Assembly (NCBI GenBank): GCA_964016885.1
Contig: OZ024747.1
Location: forward strand, 68,572,001 to 68,636,000
Source: Eledone cirrhosa
Lineage: Eukaryota
Direction: 5' to 3'
DNA length: 64,000 bases
Position 1 is the first letter of the stretch. Each line of letters begins with the position of its first letter. The translations under genes and the position numbers were made by a program. The notes beneath the pieces are model-generated. The model saw only the letters and a list, made by a program, of their open reading frames with translations. It was not told where the DNA came from and did not search any database. Shown here piece by piece: positions 1-12,194 of the stretch.

Positions 1-165
1 TATTTATTTTGGTGTCTACCAACATAACCATTCAAATCAGTTTCACAAAATACGTTTTCTTTCTGTATTAGATTTATGTGTGCATGTAGTTTTTAAGAAC
101 AATGCATGCAACTTAATCTGTAATTACAGTTACATAGTAGTTAAAAGAAATCTTATATTTTTCAG

Positions 166-269
166 ATATTCTTTTGTTGCTGGCAGTTCTGTTGAAAAGC
201 TTCATACACTTCAGACTTATGGAAATCCTATGCCTGTTTTGGTTTCAGAAGCACTGAATGTAGCTGAAA
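166..269 (+). CDS. NUP133: NUP133 exon (first in window)
   Basis: ttttcag|...|gtaagt; YSFVAGSSVEKLHTLQTYGNPMPVLVSEALNVAE. Confidence 0.85.
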
Positions 270-3200
270 GTAAGTTATTCTCCCACTATCCAAGTTTGTT
301 ATAATCTTTGTTTTGATTTTATTAACTTTTAATATCTTGTACCAGATGAAATAACATTAGCAAGACATTCTTGAATAGTACAAAAGAGTACTATGACTAC
401 AACACATTAACTCTTTAGCATTCAAACCGGCCAGAATTCTCTCACCTCTTTCTGTTCAAACTGGCTGTAACTGGCCACTCATACCAACGTAAAGATATTG
501 TTCTCAAAATAAATAATACCAAAATCTCATAGATTCATTATTATGTGAGGTAAATGCTAAAGAGTTAAAAATTCAAGTTTTTACTCTCCCACTGTAAACA
601 AATGTTCACAATGATATGTCTAATAGTAAAAATACTATAAACATTTCAATTAACAAACTTATTTTTATATATTTTCTGCTAAAATCATTATGGGAGGTTA
701 GGAGCTAAATAAGAAACAAAGTTTGATGAAATTGTAAATTTGAATAAATTTGCATAGAATATTAATCTACATATATGTTAACTGGCATATGCATATTGTA
801 TAAAATGGTTGTCTCATATTCTTTACAGGGATTTTACAGTTTGTTGATAGTTTTCCTTTATTTCGTCTGGATTATGACTGTTTAATCTGCTGTGTTTGTT
901 TTCCATCATTAGAAAACATAACAAAATTGAATGCGCTCTGCAAATCGGTTGGCATTAGAATGAGCATCCAGCTATGAAACTATGCCAAAATAAGACATAT
1001 TTCAGTGAGATGTGCTCATTCAACCTATTTAGGTGGGCAGTAGCTCTGATGAAGTATTAACTGTTATGACCTGTCCACCTCATGCTTGTATCTGAAAATA
1101 GATGTAAAGTGATGAGTGCAATAATTTTAATTTAATTTTCTAAGGATATCATTTTATTTAACCTAGAATTTTTCCCTACGCTGACGTGTATGTATATGTG
1201 TAGATGTGCATATGCATACATTTATATGTGTGAGTATATAAATATAAACATGCAAACACAGACACACTTACAAAAATACACACTCAGACATACATTCACA
1301 CAAACACACACATACATTTGCAATGCGATTCTGTCACATGTAAAGAAAGAGGAGTAGTTTGACTATCTCATACTACTCCTCTCTCTTTATGTCTGCTGCC
1401 TGTGTGAAAGATGTAGGAGTAGTATGAGGTAGTCAAACTACTCTTCTCTCTCTTTACCTGTTGTGACAGAATCGCAGAAATTTATATATAAATTTATCAT
1501 ACAGAGAGTCTGTTTGTTAAAAGATTGTAGAAAAATATATTTTCCATAGATTTTTTTGGTTTTGTTTTACAAGCAAATAAACATAGACAATTAAATATAT
1601 TTTTGTACATATATTCATCATCACCTTCATCATCTTTTAATGTCCATTTTCCATGCTAGCAGTTGTCCCGTTGTAAAACAAGTCAGATCAGATGACCATG
1701 TCTTACTCACACAGCCATTTCTGGCTTGGTTTCTACAGTTGAATGCCCTTTCCAATGCCAACTACATTTACAGTGTGGACTGGGTGCCTTTTATTGTGGT
1801 ACCAAAACAACCACTTTACAAGTGTGGACTGGGTGTCATTTCATATGTAATATTTTCAGATTACTTAGAAATGAATAATTAAGTATTATTTCTTTAGCTT
1901 CTTAGTAGGTATGAAACGAACAAACCTCTTGAAATTAAAAAATAAAATTTTTTTTTTTTGTTAAAATGTTTGTTTCCTTTTATTTTAATGTTAACTTCAA
2001 ATAACTTGTTTTGGATGTAATTTTTTTTTTTTATTGTAGAAATTACAGAATACACTGTGAAAATCGATCCTTCTGGTTGGGCATGGCTTGTTGGTGGCCG
2101 AAAACTGTTTATTTGGCGTTATAATCAGAGCAGTTATGAAAAGGTACATCATCATCATTGTTTAACATCCATTTTCCATGTTAGCATGGGTAGGACAGGC
2201 TGACCCTTTGGGAGAAAATCAGGTCAGAGGACCGTGTTTCGCTCATCTGTGGCTGATTTGGGCTTGGTCTCTACAGCTGGATGCCCTTCCTAATGCCAAC
2301 ATTGTTTGTTTTACAAATCTGTTTTCACTATATGCTTATCTCATTTCTTTGCCTCTAATTTTAGATTATATCATAATAGACTAGTAATATATTCTTTTAC
2401 TGGTTTCATTCGTTGAACTGTGTTCATACTCAGAGATAGCTTCCAGGTGTTCTTTTTTTTAGTCAATCAGTTGATCATATCAGTACTAATACTTATTCTG
2501 TTGATCTATTATCTATGTTGAACCAGTAAAATATAGGACATACAGAACACTGGGTTTAGAATGTTCTTTTTTTACTGTTAAAATTGACTACATTATTTCA
2601 AGTTTCAAATCAAAAACACACTCTTCAGATACCATATCAATGAAGAGAGTTTTGAAAAATAGTAACAAAATTATGTTTTAAGCTGGTGGTTAGGTCTTCA
2701 CCAGCACATCATGTTACCAATCTCTGTCTTCCTTTGTTATCTCTGTTATGAAGTTCATCTTCTTAAGGTCAATCATCACTACTTCATCCCATGTCTTCCT
2801 GTCTTTTCCATGAGTTTTATCCTCTGAAATTTCTCTTCACTTTATACAGCTGTCATCTTTCATTACCCATCACATATCCATACCACCAGTCTTCTTTCTC
2901 TTGCACACTACATCCAATTCCTCTTATATCCAGTTTTTCTTTCCTTTCAGTTATGCTATGTTATTCATGTACACTAACATTACACATCCATCAGAGTATA
3001 CTCGCTTCATCATCATCATCATCATCATCACCGTTTTACGTCCGTTCTTCCACGCTAGCATGGGTTAGACGGGTTGTCCTGTTGTGGGCAGTGTCTGGTC
3101 GGCTGACCATGCCTTGCTCATACAGGAACTGATCTGGCTTGATTTCTACAGCTGGATGCCCTTCCTAACACCAACCTCATTTACAGTGAGTGCTGAGTGC

Positions 3201-6200
3201 TTTTTCGTGGCGCCTACACGTCCACTTTACAGTGTGGGCTGGGTGCTTTTTTGCCGTGGCATCTCCACGACCACCTTGCGGTGGGGGGAGTGGGGGCATA
3301 TTGTTTATATGCTTCAGCATGTACCCATGGGAGGTCGGGTACCCTGTATTACTGCGTGACGCCAGAAGTCACGGTCGTGTGTCATTGTCTTTGAGAGGTG
3401 TAGTTGGGTAAGGTCGGCTTTTATCACCTCATCCCAGGTCATCTTGGGTCTCCCCACTCCGCGGTTTCCATCAACTTCTAGTGCTCTGCACCTTTTTATG
3501 CAGCTGTCATCCTTCATACGCATCACATGTCCATACCAGCGTAACCGCCTCTCCTGCACGCAGCATTTGATTCCTCTTATGCTCAGTCTCTCTCTCAATT
3601 CCTTTATGCTTTGTCGTTCACGTATATTACTGTTACACATCCATCGGAGCATGCAGGCTTCGTTTCTCTCTAATCTACGTAAGTCTTCCACCTTCAGCGC
3701 CCAGGTCTCACTACCATGCAACATCGCTGTTCGGATACACGCATCATACAGTCTGCCTTTCATTCTGAGGGAGAAGCCTTTTGCAGCTAGCAGTGGTAGT
3801 AGTTCCCTAAACTTCTTCCATCCCGTTCTTACCCTAGTTATTGTACTTTCTGAGCACCCACCTCCATTGCTAATTCGGTCACCTAGGTAGCAGAAGCTGT
3901 CTACTGTTTCTACAGGGCCCTCCCAGAGATTGGTGGTACTTGTTTCCTGTGGCTGTTTGCTTGCTGTTTCAGCACAGCTGCTGCATGTGAATCCTACATT
4001 CTTAATTAAGCTTCCTGAGATCCCGCTACATCTCTTGTGTACCCATTGTTTGCATGTGAGGCAGAGAATGGAGTTCCTACCTACACCTTTCCTACATACT
4101 GAGCAAGGCCATTTCGCTTATCTAACAGAATTGAGCACATTATTAAATTTTTAATTGTACTTGAGTGTATGCACTATAATGTTAATATAACGGAATTTAT
4201 GTTTGAAGAAAACTAGAAAATGAAATAAATTCATGTGTACATAAATCATCATCATCATTTAACGTCTATCTTCCATGCTAGCATGGGTTGGACGGGATGT
4301 CCCTTTGTGAGTGATCAGGTTTGGGGGATCGTGATTCACTCACTCAGAACTGATTTTGGCTTGGTTTTTATGGTTGGATGCCCTTCCTAATGTCAACCAC
4401 ATTAATAATTCATTAATCATAATATCACTTACCTTACAGGTAAAATTGCAGGTCAATAAAATAAAATAAAAAATTAAAACTAGTTAGATTTGAAAATAAA
4501 ATAGTAATAAAGTTAAATTACATGAAGGGCAGGTGATAATCCAGTTATAGAAAGTTTGCCTAACAAAGGGTTGGGTGAACTCTTTAGTTTTTTCAAGGAC
4601 ATGACAACCTCAGAGTTAGTTTGCTGATATTTTAACTTGACAGCCAATTGTGCCTCATATAGCTACTGTAGAAATTTTGTTTTGATAAGTAAAGTTCATT
4701 TATTTATTCTTTATCTCTTTTACCTTCTCTTTTTTTCAGAGTTCAAGAATTGTGAAAGAACTGACCCTTCCACCCAGTGATTTAGCACATGATGCAAACA
4801 GGGTCTGTGTAATATGTAACCCTAATGAATCTCAACAAGCAGCATGTATCGCAGTATCACCTGAGGGCATTGTTCGATATTGGTCAAGTATTGCTCATGA
4901 AACTGCTTTCATTGAAATAAGTGCAGAGCTGAAAGGAGAAGAATGTGCCTGTGTTGTTAATTTGCAGGTATTCAACAATTTCATTTTACTAAATTTTACT
5001 CAATGTCATATTTTTATCAAAATATATTTTAACTCTTTAGCATTTAAACCAACCGGCTGTATCCAGCCAGAAATCTCTCACCTCTTTCTGTTCAAACTGG
5101 CTGTAACCAGCCACTCATACTAATGTTACGGTATTGTTCTGAAAATAAATATCAAAATCTCATAGATTTGATATTCTGTGGGATATTTATGTGAGGTAAA
5201 GCTTTTACCATGAAAATATAATAGTATATATAGAGTAATGCAAATGCTAAAGGGTTAATATATGAAAATGACGGAATTGGTGTTTAACCAAGGACAACAT
5301 TGAGAGAACAGACATAAAAATCAAAGATGTAAAGCATAGTGTAATTAGAACTACATTACTCAATATCTGCCTCTCTTTTAAGACAGTTGGGTGTCATGAG
5401 ATGGAGATTTGACTGCGATTTCTAGCAGGTTGAGGTTGCTATGCAGAGGATCCCTCTTTGGGTCTTGATAAGGAATGATTCTCCTATTTCAAAAAATAAG
5501 AGCCATTGTAATTAAGAATGTTTTGCAACACCTAAAAACCTTAAAGAGGAATCTAGAGTCCAGCCTGTTTGTACATGACAGACTTACAGTATTTGGGATT
5601 TGGATTTTTCCCCATTTCTCAGACAAAATGGTGGGGAGGGTCTTATATTTAAGTATATACAATATATTTTGGAAATTTGTATAATAGTAAATTCATTTCA
5701 GAACTGTAAATTGTAGTATGTATATAACTTTTACAACAGATATATTGTTTTCTTTTTTTCAGCCTCATGGTTGTATTTTAGCTACTACAACTAGCTCGTT
5801 TGTTTTGCTTTCTCCAGCTCCAGAACAAGTAAGTTTATTATTTGTCAATCTTCATCATCATCACCATTTTACGTTCATTTTCCACACTAGCATGGGTTAG
5901 ACGAGTTGTCCTGTTGTGGGCAATGCTAGGCCAGATGAACATGTCTTGCTCATACAGAACTGATTTTGGGTTGGTTTCTACAGCTGAATGCCCTTCCTAA
6001 TGCCAATCTCATTTACAGTGAGTACTGGGTGTTTTTTGTCATGACACCTACATGACCACTTTACAATATGGGCTGGGTGCTTTTTGTTATGACACCTACA
6101 TGACCACATTACAATATGGGCTGGGTGCTTTTTGTTGTGACACCTACACGACCACTTTACGGTGTGGGCTGGGTGTTTTTTGTTGTGACACCTACACAAC

Positions 6201-9200
6201 CACTTTACAGTGTGGGCTGGGTGCTTTTTTTCGTGACACCTACACAACCACTTTACAGTGTTGGCTGGGTGCTTTTTATTGTGACTTCTAAAACATAATT
6301 ATTTGTAAATTGTAGCTTATTAACTCTTAACGTCCTACACCATATAAAACAGCACTTGCAGAACCTTGAAAAGCACGAAACAGCACTATGACTGCATCAC
6401 ATTAAAAATTAAAAGCTAATACTGTGAATTTTTACAATTTCTTCTCTAGTAAACATACTATAATCATATGAACTTACAAACCAGTCTAAATCAGAAATCA
6501 TTATTGTTATTATTTGCTTTTAAAATCATTGATTTTACAATTGCTTTTTATGATGTTATATTCCAGAATTCTATTACTTATCACATTATCAGAGCTTCAC
6601 AAGGTATGCTAGCTGGTCTCACAAGCCGTATGACCTCTTTCATATTTGGTTCTTCATCATTACAGGCTTCAGGAGCAGTAAGTTATTAAGTTATTCATAA
6701 TATTTTAAATATAATTTAACATTTACATTACTCTATATTTACTATTGTATTTTTGTGGTAAAGGTTTTACCTCACATAATATCGAATCTATGAGATTTTT
6801 ATGTTATTTGATATATCTTAACATCAGTATAAGCGGCCAGTTACAGCAGGTTTGAACAGAAAGAGGTGAGAGAATTCTGGTCAGATATGGCTGGTTTAAA
6901 TGCTAAAGGGTAAATTGTTGCTAATTATATCATCTTGGTGTTATTATTTAAAACTCCAAGGGTAGTGGATTGGCAGAATTTGGTAGAGCACCGGACAACA
7001 TGCTTTGCCACATAGAATTACAGCCTTTTATGGTCTGAGTTCAAAACCCGCCATCGTTAGCTTTGCCTTTCATCCTTACAGGGTTGATAAAATAAAGTAC
7101 CAGTAATTCATTGGAGTCGATTTAATCAACTTTCCTCTCCCTCCAAAATTGTTGGCCTTGTACTAGATTCAGAAACCATTATTTAAAACTTCAGGTCATC
7201 CTTGCTTGAGTAGACATGATGAAAGGTGTTTTTGTCATGATGGTACTAGACATAGTGTATCTCGGAATTTAGACATAGTGTATCTCGGAATACATTATCT
7301 AATGTCTCCTTTTTTAATTCTTTCAATTCTGACACCCTGCAACATGTGCAGTCCCCAACAGGATGTCTGCACACAAATCACAGTAAAAATGATATTTATT
7401 AATTAAACCTGAAAAAAAAAGTGTACAGTTGACAAAAATCACAGCAATGCCTTAATGAAGAATTTGGGTTAAATCAATAATGTAAAGTGATTGTTGATTT
7501 GAAGAGAAAATGGTGTCAATAATTGTTTCTACTTTTGGCACAAGGCCAGCAATTACCCAGTGCATTACTGGTACTTTATTTTATCGACCCCGTAAGGATG
7601 AAAGGCAAAGTTAACCTTGGCGGGATTTGAACTCAGAATGGCAAGGGCCGTAACTCTATGCGGCGTCAAAGCATGGCGTCCGACCCTTTACTGATACTGT
7701 CAATCCACCGCCCGAAAATGGTGTCAATAATAAATGTATGGCAGAATGAATGGAATACCATGTTGGTGGTGTATTTAGTCAAACATTAAGAAAACAAAAA
7801 TACCAGGTTGACAGGTTCAAAGTGTTAAGACAATCCCTAACTTCAGGGCTGTAGTTGAGATAACTCGTCCTAACATGTTTGAATTCTTTTCCAACAGTCA
7901 TAACTTCAAAGTTATGAGCTCGTTTCCAAAAGTTCATAACTTCAAAGCTAGATGGGGTTACTAGTTTATTGATGTGACATTTCTCAATTATTCAGATATG
8001 TGTTGTTAATAAATGTTTGTTTTAAAAAATAGGCATTTTACTGAAAAAATAAAAACCCTGCGCAACAACTGTAGCTGTGTAAAATATATGCGGCAGTCAA
8101 CAGATTAAATATGAAGACCATTATAAATTATGCTGATAAGAAAGACTATAATGAATAAATGCTCATGAATTTTGTTGTCATGGAAAATTAGGTATAAATG
8201 AATATAGAATTTAAAATGTAGTGTAGGAAAATAAAATTGATGGTATGTCGTAACTATTATGTACTGTTAGTTATATTTCTGTTTTATTTATTAATTCTTT
8301 ATTACAGGCTCTTCATGCATTAATTTCTGATGATTATGAGTTGGGCAAAGATCGTTTCTTCTATGTTCTCTCAGGAAATGTCCTCCAAAAATGGTCTATG
8401 GCTGCTAATAATACAGAAACTGTAACTATTTAATTCTTTTTTTCTTTTGCATTAAAGAGTTTTTAACTTTAACCCTTTAGCATTTACATTACTCTGTATT
8501 TACTATTATATTTTCATGGTAAAGGCTTTATCTCACATAATATTGAATCTATGAGATTTTGATGTTATTTATTTTGAACAATACCGTAACATAATTATGA
8601 GTAACCTGTTTGAACAGAAAGAGGTGAGAGAATTCTGGCCGGTTTAAATGCCAAAGGGTTAAATCTAATCTATTTTTATTTTATTTTAATATTGTACACT
8701 TTGTGTACAATTGTTTCATTGCTTATAGATTTCTTACTGGCCAACCACTGGTTCACTACATTTTGGAAGGCTAAAGTTACAAGGAAGTGTGTGTGCAATT
8801 TGGATAGGATAAAGACCATAGAGTATTTTTGTTCAAACATATCGTTTTTTTCACTGAAGTATATACACATATATGCCTTATGTATTCCAGGATTTTAGAA
8901 TTGGTACACTGTGTTCCTGTGTGTCATAAGAAGCAACTAATAAGGTTTAGTGTCAAGAAGGGGCATCTGGCTGTAAAACTCTTGAATAATCCTGTCCAAA
9001 TTTGTGCCAGTATGGAAAAGTCAGTTTCCATCTGCTATATATTATTCGTCATTCTGAGACTATGGAGAGAGCATTTGCCATTGAGCTCAAACTTGGAGCC
9101 ACATGATTGCAAAGTGAACTTCTGAATCAGCTATATCAAAGTTTATTCCTGTGTAGAATGTAAAGAATTCTATGAGAATGGAATCTCTATTTTTCTTTTA

Positions 9201-12148
9201 TCTTCAAGCCAGGAGACAGTAAAACTCCTTTGTTTTTAGAAAGATTTTAAATGTGAACACAAAGTATGAATTCTATTAGGATTGCAAGTTAATTTTGATG
9301 GGTTATTGTTATTGTTCTTCAGATTTCCCTTCATTTAACAGACTTGACTACCTTATTTTTTCTGAGATAAAGTGGACCTCAGACTACATTTTCCAATGTG
9401 TCTTAATTTTTTTAAAGACTAGAATTTTGTTTCCATATGCTGACGTGTATTTGTATATGTGTATGTGCATATGCATACATTTATATGTATGAGTATATAA
9501 ATATAAACACGTACAGATACACTTACAGACATACATTCACACGAACACATACATACACATACACTCACACACAGCATATTGTTTTCATCATCCCTTTCCT
9601 TCCTTTACACACACATACATTCACACTGGCAGCAGACATAGAGAGGAGTAGTATGAGGTAGTCAAACTACTCTCTCTACGTGTTGTGACAGAATCGCAGA
9701 AATGTATATATAGATAGTAAGGTATGCTTTCAGTGAGATTTGGCGACTATTTTTAGCAGGTCAAACAATCACATAGAAGCTTATTTGTACACAGCTAACA
9801 ATACTCTATTTTTGTTAAACATTTAACTGAATCCCTATATTCCATACCTGTTATATATTAAATTTTTTTTTAAATTTTCCTTTCAGTTACTCTTCCAGTG
9901 TGATGTTGAACGACTGTTTCAAATACGGCTTGTTGAAAAAATATGGGTAAAAATTGATTTATCTAAAACTTGAAAAATAACTGTTGCTGTTTATTTGCTT
10001 GTTTGTATGTTTGTGTTCATAGTGCTATTGTTAAAGTTATACAGAGTGTTGTAGTTTGCTTGAAGCATTGTTGAACTAGACATGAAAAATGCGCAAGCTC
10101 AAAAGTGCCACAGAATGTTATAATAAACCTTCAAAAGTGTGGGACTAGAGTTGTTGCTAAAAAATATTGTAATCATTATATATCGTACATTCTGTGGCAT
10201 CCTTTATAAAAATAGCTTAAACCAACGAAGCCTTTATTTTTACGCTATTTCACTTAGTTAATTCTTAGAGTGTAACATATAAAAATATGATTTACAACTA
10301 TAAAATAAATTAATTAATATAATAACAGAGCTGCGGAGCTGAAATTTAGGAAATAATGGAGTATCGGATCCTGAGTTGGAGCCAGTCAATTTTTGGCCGA
10401 CTCCGCAGCCCTGTATAATACATTTCATATTAAAGTTATTAATAAACCTATTTTACACTTCATGCAAATTACCACGAGATATTGATATTAGATATAAGAT
10501 ACAGCGCAATATCTACAGCTGTAAAAGTACGAAAGCGAAGTAATAATAAGTGGCTTAAGGTAATTCCAATATGAAAGTTTGTAGTGATAAAAATTTGATA
10601 ATGCAATACGATTGTTAATATTATAGTTCTATGAAAATGTAACAATAGATAACTAAATTATTTTACTATTAGTATATTTAAGAAATTATCATTATAGATT
10701 TGATCGTTCATATAAGCATCATATTAAGTTTCAACACAATTATTTTGTTACTATGAGTATATGATAATAATATTACGTAATTATTTATAGCTGTTATTAC
10801 ATTAAACATAGATGTATTTATTTTTATATGTTACACTCTAAGAATTAACTAAGTGAAATAGCGTAAAAATAAAGGCTTCGTTGGTTTAAGCTATTTTTAT
10901 AAAGGATGCCACAGAATGTACGATATATAATGATTACAATATTTTTTAGCAACAACTCTAGTCCCACACTTTTGAAGGTTTATTATAACATTCTGTGGCA
11001 CTTTTGAGCTTGCGCATTTTTCATGTCTAGTTTAATATTTTTTTAAGGCAACGCTTGTAATAACTCTAGTTAAACAGGATATATATTAATAATAAATTAT
11101 CGTTGTAATGTAATTAGATTATGTAATTGTTATTATAAATTATCTTATAAATATTAGTGTAAGATGTATACAAATATTTTCAGACTTTTAATATAAACAA
11201 CTACAAAAAACAATCAATATTAAATCAATATATTATACATAATAGAAAACATAAAATATACAATACAAAAACAAAATATTTACATACAATTGCAATTATC
11301 AGTGTATATACATTTTCTTTATATTCCCTGAGCAAATTAATAAGATTTGTTTTTATTGTACATAATTTGATGACTTGTTGGAGTGTATTAAAAGATAGCA
11401 ACAATTTGTGATTAAATTGTTATCTTAAGCAACTCACTTTTTAATAGTTGTTGGCTGAGCGAAATTGTAAAAGCCCATGAGCAAATATAAAAAAAAATAC
11501 ACAAACAACATTTCCTTGTGTTATTACAACATTAGATAAAATAATTGAGCAATGTCGTTATATTTTGCTCTTATTGCACATTAATAGTGTTTCTATTTTT
11601 CGGCACAAATCCATTACGGCAGTCCATTACTGGTACTTTATTTTATCGAATTAGTAAGTATGAAAGTCGAAGTTAACCTCGGCAGGATTTGAACTTAGAA
11701 TGCAAAGGACCATAACAATACTGCAAAGCATGGTGTCTGACGCTCTACCAATACTTGTGTTGAGCTGGTCATTAATTTATGGTGGTCGTGCGTGGAGTAG
11801 AGCAATCGCTAGTTGAAATATTATGAACAAAACATTTTTATTTGCCGAAGAACATATTTTCAATACTGTTTGTGAATGTGACGAAGGAAATACATTCTGA
11901 TATGGAACAGTGTACAAAGTGTGTCTGTGAATAACATAATGTTACCTCATGTTGTTGTCAAGACATAATGGATTTCGTATATCCAGTTAGAAGATGAAAC
12001 CTAGCCATCTCGGATTAGTTATATTTCATGCCATGTGTAAACGTGTTTGAGGATAGCAAAATATGCGCGTTAATTATAATAATTAGTTAATAATATTACA
12101 AAATATACCTAATTAAACTCTTTGCTTGAAATTTTATCATTCTTCGTT

Positions 12149-12194
<46 letters not shown>

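Noticed and set aside
3444-3890. Antisense ORFs over RTE copies (also 17745, 39257, 58952)
   Set aside because: Shadow ORFs of the RTE coding strand with no independent evidence.
6012-6285. CRISPR-like array or 16-aa repeat protein ORFs
   Set aside because: Units are contiguous 48-bp tandem repeats without unique spacers, there are no cas genes, and the context is a eukaryotic intron. The ORFs arise only because 48 is divisible by 3.
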